A DNA stretch of 64,000 nucleotides from a virus (taxonomy: Duplodnaviria; Caudoviricetes). Under the pieces are notes generated by a model that was not told where the DNA came from, did not search any database, and worked only from the letters and a program-made list of their open reading frames with translations. Location: the IMG/VR virus record IMGVR_UViG_3300029288_000145, positions 12,931 to 76,930 of that record; one strand, 5' to 3'. This document shows, piece by piece, positions 25,122 to 34,006 of the stretch (the first letter of the stretch is position 1; each line of letters opens with the position of its first letter). Position numbers and translations under genes: made by a program.

Positions 25122-25874
25122 ATGGAAGATCAAAAGAAGTATGTAGGGTACATCCGTGTATCAACAAAAAAACAGGGTGACAGTGGTGCCGGACTTGAAA
25201 GCCAGGAGGCTATTATTAAGGCTAAGGCCGGGGATAACCTGGTGAAAATATTTCGAGAGATCGAATCCACACGCAAGAGCAACAAGCGGTTTGAATTTTA
25301 CAAGGCACTCAATATGTGTGTTGAAAACGGCTATGTACTTTGCATAGCCAAGATTGACCGTGCTATACGTGATATGGACTTGCTTATGTCTCTGGAGAAG
25401 GCGGTATCTGCCGGCAACCTCGAATTTTTTATCTGCAACCGACCCTGGGCAGATAAATATACTATCAGAAATGACGTGAATAATGCCGAGCAGGAACGCC
25501 AGTGGATTTCTGAACGTACCAAGGCCGGGCTTGCTGTGGTTAAACTCAGGGGAACTAAAACCGGAAAGCCATATATGCCTCCGAGGGGATTTCGTGAGGA
25601 CAGAGCACGTCTTGAACGGGCTATTATTGCCAGCAGGGAGGCTAAGACAATTAAGAGACTGTGCCATCCGGAAATGATCAAGAGCCGTGCATTTATGATG
25701 GAACTACATAACTCCGGAAAGAGTGGGTGGGCTATTGCCAATGAACTTAATAAGAATGGGTTTAAAACCTCCACCGGCGGCCAGTGGCGACAGGGTTCTG
25801 TCTATACCACACTACAATTACCCTTTGATGAGGGTATTGTAGAAAAATATAGGGACGTTTACCAATGGCTATAA
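25122..25874 (+). CDS. Small serine recombinase (resolvase/invertase family)
   Basis: YVGYIRVSTKKQ (catalytic Ser), GLESQ, IAKIDRAIR, ERQWISERTKAGL, C-terminal IANELNKNGFKT..GGQW; start moved to MEDQKK. Confidence 0.9.
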   Translation: MEDQKKYVGYIRVSTKKQGDSGAGLESQEAIIKAKAGDNLVKIFREIESTRKSNKRFEFYKALNMCVENGYVLCIAKIDRAIRDMDLLMSLEKAVSAGNLEFFICNRPWADKYTIRNDVNNAEQERQWISERTKAGLAVVKLRGTKTGKPYMPPRGFREDRARLERAIIASREAKTIKRLCHPEMIKSRAFMMELHNSGKSGWAIANELNKNGFKTSTGGQWRQGSVYTTLQLPFDEGIVEKYRDVYQWL

Positions 25875-26068
25875 TAGAAGGATACCTCGATATTAAGGAA
25901 TACATTCCCGGCCAGATCATTAAGTCATGGTGCGGAGATGTCTATGAGGTTATCCGTGTGGTTAAGGCCAGTAAGGAAACAGTTGTGCAGAGAAATGGAA
26001 AGCTGTACAATATAACATGGGGACATAATAAATTCTTTTTGAATAATGATGACACTGATTCTAAATGA
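25865..26068 (+). CDS. Hypothetical protein
   Basis: 67-aa ORF. Confidence 0.5.
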   Translation: MAIIEGYLDIKEYIPGQIIKSWCGDVYEVIRVVKASKETVVQRNGKLYNITWGHNKFFLNNDDTDSK

Positions 26069-26246
26069 CGAGGAAGATATTAAGAGGGCATTGAAGTCCT
26101 TAGATATGATGTCATGCCTCTGGGGAATAACTGAATATTTACGTGATGAAATTAAGTACCACGACAAGCCATATGACCCGGTATTGGAGAAACTGGGTGA
26201 ACTTATGGACGAGAATAATGTGTCTTTTGAAGAACTGTATCATTAA
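26046..26246 (+). CDS. Hypothetical protein
   Basis: 66-aa ORF. Confidence 0.55.
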   Translation: MMTLILNDEEDIKRALKSLDMMSCLWGITEYLRDEIKYHDKPYDPVLEKLGELMDENNVSFEELYH

Positions 26247-26256
26247 AAAAAATAAT

Positions 26257-26679
26257 ATGCATCAAATTGTAGAACAAACACGGGAAGAAAGGATAGCCTG
26301 GTATATGCAGCTACCCCAAAAAGAATTAGCAGAAATGCTTGTTAATAGTGAAGAAATTTTCGGTATAAAACGGAACTCAGGAACCATCATTGCGGGAAGG
26401 TCAACATCCACATCTGTATCTCTTGATGGTAGTAATCCAACAGTTACATACAAACAATATCCAGCAACAGAAACATCAACTAAATTACACAATATTGTTT
26501 ACAAAGAATCCCATATCCACCGATTAAAAGAAATAAAAGGTGTATCTCTAAAAGATTTTGCCAGCGGGCATGGTTTATTTTGGATAATTAAGAATATTTT
26601 AATCGAACAAGATAACCGAATTAATGACCTGGAGTATAATTTAGCCGAATTGCGTGGAGAAGTTGAACCTGAAAATTAA
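26257..26679 (+). CDS. Hypothetical protein
   Basis: Start moved to MHQIVEQTREE to avoid overlap. Confidence 0.55.
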   Translation: MHQIVEQTREERIAWYMQLPQKELAEMLVNSEEIFGIKRNSGTIIAGRSTSTSVSLDGSNPTVTYKQYPATETSTKLHNIVYKESHIHRLKEIKGVSLKDFASGHGLFWIIKNILIEQDNRINDLEYNLAELRGEVEPEN

Positions 26680-26698
26680 AAACTAAATAATACGGATA

Positions 26699-27178
26699 TT
26701 AAGTATTATTACCGTAACTCTGTGCACGGCTCTGTGACCACTCGTTGTTGAGTGTCTTTAACCTACTCTGTATCATGCTTACCAGCCTGTCAATGTCTGA
26801 TTTTAAACTCCTGTAGTAATTAAATGTATATTTATTCAACAGTTCGATGCGTTTATTGTCTTTAAGTTGCTGGCGAATATACATCTTTCGTTTAGCCTCA
26901 GTCATTTCCGTAAGTTCCAGGAACAATCTCGCCTCTTCATCTCCATTATCCTGCTTACACTGATCGGCAATTAGTCCAAGGGAGGAAACTAAGGCTCCTA
27001 AGTTGATATTATTTATAGACAACCGCTCACCTATCTGCCCAAGTTCTCCCGGAGTTATGGTGTCAAAGTTGTCACGCACAAAATCAGCATCTTTCCGTAT
27101 AGAAACGAGAAATGTATGCTTGGGATGTGAGTATATGCCGGTGATCTGATCAACGGCCATCTTATCTATTCCTTCCAT
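26699..27178 (-). CDS. Hypothetical helical protein
   Basis: Last gene of the capsid operon. Confidence 0.6.
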   Translation of the reverse strand: MEGIDKMAVDQITGIYSHPKHTFLVSIRKDADFVRDNFDTITPGELGQIGERLSINNINLGALVSSLGLIADQCKQDNGDEEARLFLELTEMTEAKRKMYIRQQLKDNKRIELLNKYTFNYYRSLKSDIDRLVSMIQSRLKTLNNEWSQSRAQSYGNNT

Positions 27179-27849
27179 TCGGCCATTATTCGGTTTCGCT
27201 GAACAAGGTACATTTTATCAATAGCATCGGTGCCGTGTATGGTGTCATTTAAATATAAAGAACTGTTTTTCCTCAACACCACACCATCACCAACGGCAAC
27301 GTCAAAGTGATCTCCCTCCCAGGGTTCGTACTTGTATTCCTCAATCATACAGCCTTTATAGGCTACATTTCCCCAGATATAACTGTCCCTATTTTTTAAC
27401 GTAATTGGGACATCCAGGGTAGTGTCAATTTTAACCTCTGTAGGCTTAATTAGAACCCATCCATTTAACGGATACACCTCTTTATTCCGGATGCGTACCT
27501 GTAAATCCCAGTACCAGATAATAATGTATGTGGAATCACCATCTATTATGTACGATGTAGCCTTGTTGACGGCTGTATCGAGTCCAAGTGAAGTAAGTCC
27601 GGCCATGTAGTCGAAATATACCTGGTCACCCTCCTGTGCTTCCATAGGTACTTTCCAGGGCATAGTTTTGCTCTGGGCATCTCTGGTGTAAACCAGTTTA
27701 CCTGATTTTATAAATACGCCTTTTACGGGTGCGTGTTGGCCGGGGTTGTATGATTTGTCAACATACAGGCCACTCTTTGTGGTGTCATTCATATTGTCAA
27801 TGCGAACAAGTACTTTATTCGGCATTAACTTAATGCTATTTATATCCAT
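27166..27849 (-). CDS. Tandem GroES-like co-chaperonin
   Basis: Two GroES-like segments: LMPNKVLVRID...TTKSGLYV and PLNGWVLIKP...GNVAYKG...VGDGVVL; start moved to MDINS. Confidence 0.7.
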   Translation of the reverse strand: MDINSIKLMPNKVLVRIDNMNDTTKSGLYVDKSYNPGQHAPVKGVFIKSGKLVYTRDAQSKTMPWKVPMEAQEGDQVYFDYMAGLTSLGLDTAVNKATSYIIDGDSTYIIIWYWDLQVRIRNKEVYPLNGWVLIKPTEVKIDTTLDVPITLKNRDSYIWGNVAYKGCMIEEYKYEPWEGDHFDVAVGDGVVLRKNSSLYLNDTIHGTDAIDKMYLVQRNRIMAEWKE

Positions 27850-27850
27850 A

Positions 27851-28135
27851 TCAGAATGGTAAGTCGTCTCCGCCGGCCTGGGGTGGTATAGGTTCTTCTT
27901 CTTCTTTTGGTTTTGGTTTGTACGTGTCCAGGACAACGCTGTGTGTGTATCCGTATTCAGATACCTTCTTCATAGGACTGACAATGATGTTGATGTACTC
28001 CTTGCCACGTTTATCCTTCCACTTGTATTCCTGTATGTCATTTTCACTGAGGTCTGTCAGGCATACTGAAACGACAATGAATTTCCCGAAACGGCCTTCT
28101 TTTTCCTTGGCCGAACCACAATAAATTTTTTCCAT
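27851..28135 (-). CDS. SSB-like small protein
   Basis: Acidic DDLPF C-terminal tail typical of SSB-type proteins. Confidence 0.55.
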   Translation of the reverse strand: MEKIYCGSAKEKEGRFGKFIVVSVCLTDLSENDIQEYKWKDKRGKEYINIIVSPMKKVSEYGYTHSVVLDTYKPKPKEEEEPIPPQAGGDDLPF

Positions 28136-28137
28136 AG

Positions 28138-29088
28138 TTATTCTTCGATTACAATTTTGTTGGAATATTTTAATACTTTTTCCTTAATGATTTCCAGGTC
28201 AACACCACCGGTAAATTTCAGGTATAAAAACAGATCGTTTTCGGCATTGTCTTTAATGTCGCATATTTTGTCGCCGGCAACAATATCTGTTTTGTTGGCT
28301 CCCTTGTTGTGTGCCCAGTAGCGGTGGACTCCGGATGTGTGGTGTATGACAGCATTACATTCTATTGCCGTCATTACCAAGGCTCTTAACCGTACCTCAT
28401 CATTTATCTTCATGGATTTTATGAAGTCGTCATAAGCCTTGTCTCCCTCGGTTGCCATTTTGTTAATAATATACGAGTGTAGTTCGATAGCCACCTGTGT
28501 CGGGTCTTTCTGGTCAATAAGTGGAAGGCCAAAGTATTTGGCGACAATTTTCATGTCCTCAAACGGTATGGCATTATCCCGGTCAAGCAGGTACTTGTAT
28601 ATTGTGTACTTGCGTTCCTCATTATTCAACCTCTGGCGGGCTTCAGCGGCCTCATCCCTGACAATGTAATCCTTCCCGGCCTGGGGTGAGATAAATGATA
28701 ACCAGAATATAATCTCAATCTTGTCGGCATGGAAAATATTACTCTTTGGCAGGATAGATATTTTCCTGGGCATATAGATTGGTTCCTTTGTCTGGGCATC
28801 AACTTTTTGTGATGTGTAATACACCCATGTATGGGGTATGCCATCCTCTTCTGTGCCGAAATTTTCAATGATTGTAGCCTTGCATCTGATACCACGTTCT
28901 GATGGTTGGTTCATACGATTGTTGCGTACATCCTCAGATATTAGCCTGGGTGGGTAGGTGACGACAAATCCTCTTTCGGATTTCAGCCACTTGTCTTTTA
29001 GTTCTTCAAACTTGTCGTGTAGTACGACTTCGATGGGGTTTTTAGATTTCTTACTCGGTTTGATTAATACGCCATCTCTCAATAACAT
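28138..29088 (-). CDS. Conserved protein downstream of the major capsid protein
   Basis: 316-aa ORF; position typical of crAss-like capsid operons. Confidence 0.55.
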   Translation of the reverse strand: MLLRDGVLIKPSKKSKNPIEVVLHDKFEELKDKWLKSERGFVVTYPPRLISEDVRNNRMNQPSERGIRCKATIIENFGTEEDGIPHTWVYYTSQKVDAQTKEPIYMPRKISILPKSNIFHADKIEIIFWLSFISPQAGKDYIVRDEAAEARQRLNNEERKYTIYKYLLDRDNAIPFEDMKIVAKYFGLPLIDQKDPTQVAIELHSYIINKMATEGDKAYDDFIKSMKINDEVRLRALVMTAIECNAVIHHTSGVHRYWAHNKGANKTDIVAGDKICDIKDNAENDLFLYLKFTGGVDLEIIKEKVLKYSNKIVIEE

Positions 29089-29108
29089 AATTACTCCTTT
29101 TATTTAAA

Positions 29109-29138
29109 GAAAAGGGGAGTTGTTATACCCCCCTTTTC
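29109..29138 (-). terminator. Hairpin after the major capsid gene
   Basis: GAAAAGGGG-N12-CCCCTTTTC followed by TTT. Confidence 0.65.
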
Positions 29139-29154
29139 GGGGTTTAATTTTCTC

Positions 29155-30585
29155 TTAGTATGCAGGATGAATGATATACACCTGGTTGGCATGGAACATC
29201 TGGAAACCTTCTTCCGAACGTAACCATTCTGTTTTGCTGTCAACGTCAGTTGTATAACGGAATCCACCACCGGCACCACCAAAGATACCTTTTTCGTTAA
29301 GACGGCTGTATCCATAATTTTCAGGATACCTGATGGCAATGTTCTTCAGAACTTCGCCCGTCTTGGCATCTTTTGAGTTTGCAATCGGTACGGCAAACAT
29401 CCATTCGTCCATTTTGTAAGCACTTGGGAATGTCCTTGGGTCGCTGAGATCATCAAGGGTAGTGAACATCCACTTGATACCGGCATGATCGCATCCATTG
29501 AAGTTGAATGTTGCAACGAAAGCGTCAACAGCTTCGTGTCCTTCAAGCCTCTGGATTTGATTTTTCGTCCAGTCAACACCTGAGTAGGTTGTGTAGTTCT
29601 TCAGCACGGTATTAAGTTCATTGTGCCTCTTATAACCCATGAATACGGCTATAACGTCAGACGCAACCTTCTGGGATTTGTAGTAAACGCCCATGTCCTC
29701 GAAATCTGTCATGGCGAAGTCGCCAACGTCAATTTCGTTAGATGAGCCGAGTTCTGCACCCCAGGTGAGTAAACCCTTGGTTGTCTGAATAGGATTGCCA
29801 GAGCCGGGTGAACCACTCCACCTTGCAGCTTCAGTCGCAGATACAACTAAGCCGGTGTTTGTGTTGTCCTTACCAAGCATGTAAGCGTTTCCACGTTTCA
29901 GTGCAAATCTGTATTCGGTGTCGAAGTACATATCTGACCAGTAACCATTAATGGTACGGCCATCGGCAGCATAGGAGGTAAACCACAGTTGGGGAATAAG
30001 TTCCTGCCCTTCAAAGCTCAATGCTTCTTTAAAGGTCTGGGTTTTAAATGTCCTTTCTACCGGGAATGTCAGGTGGCCTTCGGGAGAGCCGGTGCCCATA
30101 CCAGCGGCAAATGACCAGATACCTATTTGCGTTCCTGATGTAACAGCAGGAATGGTATCGGTTGCCCTGATAGGTTCAATAGTGATGGTATGTGCTGTTG
30201 AGTTCGTGGTTGTTTTATACATGATACGTCCCTGAACGAGATCAGCACCAGCGAAACCAACGATGTCACCGGGATTTGCGTAAGTTTTGCCGTCCTGGTG
30301 GTCGCCGGCAGCAATCGTCAATGTGACGGGGTTGCCCTGTCCGGGAGATGCCACGTTACCGGTTGTGGTAATGTATGTGTGTACCCATCCCTTTTCAAAA
30401 CCTGACCAGGTATTTGATTTTACAGGTAACACACGGTTCATCATCCTGAACCAGTTGTAAAAGTTATTATACTGAAGTCCGTGCTGTGCATAGACCTCCA
30501 TAAGTTTTTGCGGTTGTTTGATGTAGTCGTGAGCGGACATTATCGTATAGTCGCCCGGTGATGCTACATATGCTGGAATTGCCAT
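29155..30585 (-). CDS. Major capsid protein
   Basis: 476 aa, downstream of an acidic scaffold, followed by a terminator; ERTFKTQTFKE and TTKGLL segments resemble crAss-like HK97-fold MCPs. Confidence 0.8.
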   Translation of the reverse strand: MAIPAYVASPGDYTIMSAHDYIKQPQKLMEVYAQHGLQYNNFYNWFRMMNRVLPVKSNTWSGFEKGWVHTYITTTGNVASPGQGNPVTLTIAAGDHQDGKTYANPGDIVGFAGADLVQGRIMYKTTTNSTAHTITIEPIRATDTIPAVTSGTQIGIWSFAAGMGTGSPEGHLTFPVERTFKTQTFKEALSFEGQELIPQLWFTSYAADGRTINGYWSDMYFDTEYRFALKRGNAYMLGKDNTNTGLVVSATEAARWSGSPGSGNPIQTTKGLLTWGAELGSSNEIDVGDFAMTDFEDMGVYYKSQKVASDVIAVFMGYKRHNELNTVLKNYTTYSGVDWTKNQIQRLEGHEAVDAFVATFNFNGCDHAGIKWMFTTLDDLSDPRTFPSAYKMDEWMFAVPIANSKDAKTGEVLKNIAIRYPENYGYSRLNEKGIFGGAGGGFRYTTDVDSKTEWLRSEEGFQMFHANQVYIIHPAY

Positions 30586-30619
30586 TTTGTTTTTGTATTA
30601 AAAGTTTTTAAAAAGTTGT

Positions 30620-31774
30620 TTATTGTGCTGCTCTTCCCGTTGAAATGTAATGGTTTAACCTTGCTTCTTCTTTTTCAGCAGGGGTAAGTTCTTTTTCGCC
30701 CTCGTCCTTTTTAACAGCACTCGGAGGGGCACTAGGATTGTAATATTTTTTCGTTGTCTCCTCAACGGTATCCTTGTAAACCTTTTCTAAGGCTGTGGCA
30801 ATGATAGTGTTGAAGTTACGTGTAATGTAAAGATTTTTTGCGAAGTTGTTTAACAACTGAATATTGTCTTTTGTGGGTTTTAGCTCGTTCTGAACGGCAT
30901 AGTTGGCCACGAGTGACAGTATCTCCTTGTTTTCCTTTTCCTCTATCGGTATGTCATAACTCACTTCCAGGTCGTTCTGCTCGTCAATCTGGAACTTTGT
31001 TGAACCGGCAAAGGTTTTAAAGGCGGATTCTACCTCAGTTTTAAACGGGGCTGACCAATCTTTCTTTAGGTTGTCAATATCAGTTTCACGCTGCTTGCTG
31101 ACATCCTCAATCTTGGGTTTTTCAATCCCTTCAAATCTTTTCATTAACTTCTTATACTCTGTCTTGGCATCCAACTCGAATTGCAGGGAGTCACGCTTGT
31201 ACTCCTTGCTGTCGGTGTCAGGCTCATCATCGAACAAAAAGGGATACTTTACTTTAATGTATTCCTCTGCCTTGTCCTTAAATTCAGGATTCTCTAACGT
31301 AAGTCCGAGTTTCATGATTGCAAGCGAGTCTGGTTCTCCTAGTGCGAGTTTCTTGTATAAATCGTACTGATCGGGGGTCTCTTTCTTAATGACCGCCAGT
31401 TTGTAGAGAACCTCATCCTCAAAAGGATTGAAGGCTTTTGCTTTTTCCAATTCAGAGGTGAGGCTTTCCCTGGCCTGTCGCAAGCCATTGTACTCTTTCT
31501 CTAAATCTTCTAATGATTTTATATTATCGCCAAATCTGGAATAATCAACTTGTTCCGGGACGGCAGGTGTCTCCGGTGGTTTAGGTGGTTCTGCATCCGT
31601 TATAGGATTTTTTACCTCCGGTTCTGTCGTAGGAGGGGGTGGGGGTGGTTCGGGCTTCTGCCCTGGTTCATAAAATTCAGTACCTTCAGGATAACCCATT
31701 TTGAATAGGTCTTGCTTTCCAAGAAATTCCTCTGGAATTTCCACACTCATTTTTTCTGTATTTGTTTCTGCCAT
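30620..31774 (-). CDS. Capsid scaffolding protein candidate
   Basis: Acidic, Pro-rich, coiled-coil character; immediately upstream of MCP. Confidence 0.65.
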   Translation of the reverse strand: MAETNTEKMSVEIPEEFLGKQDLFKMGYPEGTEFYEPGQKPEPPPPPPTTEPEVKNPITDAEPPKPPETPAVPEQVDYSRFGDNIKSLEDLEKEYNGLRQARESLTSELEKAKAFNPFEDEVLYKLAVIKKETPDQYDLYKKLALGEPDSLAIMKLGLTLENPEFKDKAEEYIKVKYPFLFDDEPDTDSKEYKRDSLQFELDAKTEYKKLMKRFEGIEKPKIEDVSKQRETDIDNLKKDWSAPFKTEVESAFKTFAGSTKFQIDEQNDLEVSYDIPIEEKENKEILSLVANYAVQNELKPTKDNIQLLNNFAKNLYITRNFNTIIATALEKVYKDTVEETTKKYYNPSAPPSAVKKDEGEKELTPAEKEEARLNHYISTGRAAQ

Positions 31775-31817
31775 TTAACATTATTTCCGTGCTTTGCACA
31801 CGTTTTAATTTCTTTTA

Positions 31818-31903
31818 CAAATTTAATTTATATAAAATAAAATACCAAACTGACCCTTTTTGAAAATAAATTTGGATTTATGGAGGTGTATTTTGTATCT
31901 TTG
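31818..31903. promoter_or_regulatory. Back-to-back promoters: class B (minus, capsid operon) and class A (plus, accessory island)
   Basis: Minus: GTCAGTTTGG, N20, TAAATTTG. Plus: AAAATAAATTTGG, N21, TATCTTTG. Confidence 0.75.
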
Positions 31904-31925
31904 CTTGTTATTAAGACTAAATATT

Positions 31926-32021
31926 ATGAGTGGACTATGGCTTTTTATTTCGGGAGTAGTGATTGGTGCTTTACTGTGTTTAATTTGCATGGCTGTTTTT
32001 TTTCCGGACATTGAAGAATAA
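31926..32021 (+). CDS. 31-aa membrane peptide (not in ORF track)
   Basis: MSGLWLFISGVVIGALLCLICMAVFFPDIEE. Confidence 0.5.
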   Translation: MSGLWLFISGVVIGALLCLICMAVFFPDIEE

Positions 32022-32032
32022 AAATAAATATT

Positions 32033-32128
32033 ATGGGTGTTTACAGATGGTGCGAAACCGGCGATTGGTTGCTATGTGGAAAAGTGAAACAAGGAATAGA
32101 CGGTGAATTTATTGAGTGGTTCACTTAA
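32033..32128 (+). CDS. 31-aa peptide (not in ORF track)
   Basis: MGVYRWCETGDWLLCGKVKQGIDGEFIEWFT after an A-rich leader. Confidence 0.4.
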   Translation: MGVYRWCETGDWLLCGKVKQGIDGEFIEWFT

Positions 32129-32132
32129 TGGT

Positions 32133-32225
32133 ACATAACGGTTGAGGCTAAAAGCAGTTGCCTTGAATACTGCTTGAAATTACGCACAGACTATCTAGCA
32201 ATTGCTTTTAGCCTGTGTTATAAAC
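32133..32225. mobile_element. attC-like imperfect inverted repeat (cassette site 2)
   Basis: ACATAAC-GGTTG-AGGCTAAAAGCAGTTGC ... GCAATTGCTTTTAGCCT-GT-GTTATAAAC; arms 16/17 complementary. Confidence 0.65.
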
Positions 32226-32235
32226 TGTAAAAATT

Positions 32236-32544
32236 ATGGGCGAATATGCAGATATGGCAATAGAAAGTGGTTTGTCAAATTATATTGACTTTAAAACCCA
32301 TAGCGGAATTTATGAGAATGATGATTATTTAGACGAGTGGGAGGGTGAAGACATACCATTCATTCGTGCTGAAAAGTGGGATAGTTTTGGATTCCTTGAA
32401 ATAAAAAGAGAAACAAAAAAGGCTTGGTTACTCATAATGAATGGTAAGGCTGAGCGTTGGTTTCCAAAAAAGCATTGTAAGATTAAAGGCAATATAATTT
32501 TACTTCCAATATGGCTACGCAATAAAATGGCAGGATGGGAATAA
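32236..32544 (+). CDS. Hypothetical protein (cassette gene 2)
   Basis: MGEYADMAIE... N-terminus; KRETKKAWLL...ERWFPK small beta-barrel-like segment. Confidence 0.65.
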   Translation: MGEYADMAIESGLSNYIDFKTHSGIYENDDYLDEWEGEDIPFIRAEKWDSFGFLEIKRETKKAWLLIMNGKAERWFPKKHCKIKGNIILLPIWLRNKMAGWE

Positions 32545-32561
32545 TTTTTATTGTTTATAAC

Positions 32562-32636
32562 TAGCTGGTATGTTCACATTCTAAATAGTCTCTACTGATA
32601 ATCAACAACATCCCACTATTTAGTCTAATTAAAAAT
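32562..32636. other. Conserved tripartite site X2
   Basis: TAGCTGGTATGTTCACATTCTAAATA...TGATAATCA...TATTTAGTCTAATTAAAA; same 31-nt box spacing as X1. Confidence 0.7.
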
Positions 32637-32655
32637 AACGTATTATTTGAACAGA

Positions 32656-32685
32656 GAGGGGATGCCAACTTAATGACACCCCCTC
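32656..32685 (-). terminator. Hairpin ending the lysis operon
   Basis: GAGGGGGTGTCA/TGGCATCCCCTC, 12 bp with two G-U pairs that only work on the minus strand. Confidence 0.6.
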
Positions 32686-32707
32686 GCCAGATTAAGTTAT
32701 TTACAGC

Positions 32708-33292
32708 TTAATCGAGCTTGATGAACTGGGAATAATGTATTGTTGAGTTTGGATTGCTAAATTTTGCATCTAATTTATATGACCAGGGCTTCCATAATTT
32801 TGGCAGGAACCACTTGGCATCTTTAAACCGTGATATTGCAGAGATCATTGTGTCAGTGTAATTACATTTTAATAGGTTATTGCTATACAGGCAGGTATAA
32901 TACCCATCGGTAAAATATTTTATATCCGGGGTGGGTGTTTCTTTTCGCATAGTATCCATCTGGGCAATCATTATTCCCATAGTTGAATACTGCATTTCCA
33001 TAACATATTCGGTGCTTCTTAATTTTATGCCAAGTAGTTCCAGTTCTTGCTTATATTTGTTTACTGTGCTGTTTAGCCTTTCAACTTCTTTTTTATCTAC
33101 AATTACCTGAACCTTTTCGACAACAACCTGGTTTTTTTCATTACGGAAGGTGTCGATGCGTGTTATTAAAGACTTATTGCTGGTTTTTAATTGTGATATG
33201 GTGTTGTTTTTATCCTTTAATCTGATGACTAAAAAGACAATAGACAGTAGTAGAATAAGTGCTACCGCTGCCAGGATTATTTTTATCCTCAT
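32708..33292 (-). CDS. Rz-like inner-membrane spanin candidate
   Basis: N-terminal TM anchor then coiled coil; downstream of two holin-like genes. Confidence 0.6.
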   Translation of the reverse strand: MRIKIILAAVALILLLSIVFLVIRLKDKNNTISQLKTSNKSLITRIDTFRNEKNQVVVEKVQVIVDKKEVERLNSTVNKYKQELELLGIKLRSTEYVMEMQYSTMGIMIAQMDTMRKETPTPDIKYFTDGYYTCLYSNNLLKCNYTDTMISAISRFKDAKWFLPKLWKPWSYKLDAKFSNPNSTIHYSQFIKLD

Positions 33293-33537
33293 TATGTTTT
33301 GTTTTTATCTTTCCTTAGTTTCCGGCAACCGATATATACTGTCCATATACCGGCCACGATTGCAACGGAAAATGATGTCCATTGCAAAATGGTTGTTATG
33401 AAATGTTCGATAGGAAATGGGATTATTTCAACGGTTTCTTTCACCTGCCCAAATATCATTCCGGTAAAAACACCACTGACCGTTAGGATAAGTGAGTTTA
33501 TCTGGTCACTTAGCCATGTAATTAAGCGTGTAATCAT
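33292..33537 (-). CDS. Holin-like protein (two TM)
   Basis: Two hydrophobic segments and a basic C-terminal tail. Confidence 0.55.
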   Translation of the reverse strand: MITRLITWLSDQINSLILTVSGVFTGMIFGQVKETVEIIPFPIEHFITTILQWTSFSVAIVAGIWTVYIGCRKLRKDKNKT

Positions 33538-33599
33538 ATTATATTGGGATTTTTATATTGGTGTTTGTTTATTTGGCACTTAATTAGGTTGTAATCACA

Positions 33600-33950
33600 C
33601 TACGATGGGATTTTCATTTTGGTTTTTATGATCTCCGCCAGGCGGTCAAATGAAAGGCCGACAATTAAGGCGTATGCGTAACTCCATTCCATGCCGATTA
33701 TTTCCTTAGGGAATCGTATTGTCACGAATAATACAGCTATGGTAGCCAGGAAAGCTATCATCTTTGGCTTGTTGTTGTCCCACCAGTAGCATAAAGAAAA
33801 TTGGTGTGGCGTTTCTGGGTTATGTTTTACAGCAGCTTTGGTCTGGAAATACCACTTAATGAATATACCCAGGGATGCGAATATAAAACTCGTAATTAAT
33901 TCTACTGGGGTTAACGTTCCAAAGAGTGCTGATACGATTTCTCTTATCAT
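33600..33950 (-). CDS. Holin-like protein (three TM)
   Basis: Three hydrophobic segments and a basic C-terminus. Confidence 0.55.
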   Translation of the reverse strand: MIREIVSALFGTLTPVELITSFIFASLGIFIKWYFQTKAAVKHNPETPHQFSLCYWWDNNKPKMIAFLATIAVLFVTIRFPKEIIGMEWSYAYALIVGLSFDRLAEIIKTKMKIPS

Positions 33951-33966
33951 TGTTTTTCTTTTTACG

Positions 33967-34003
33967 CAAAATTAATGAATTATAAGACGGTTTCAAAACT
34001 GAC
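33967..34003 (-). promoter_or_regulatory. Sigma-A type promoter, class B (lysis operon)
   Basis: GTCAGTTTTG, N19, TAATTTTG. Confidence 0.7.
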
Positions 34004-34006
34004 ACC

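Noticed and set aside
25122-25874. Serine recombinase as a prophage integrase
   Set aside because: About 250 aa, without the extended recombinase and zinc-ribbon domains of large serine integrases; no repressor or host genes in the window.
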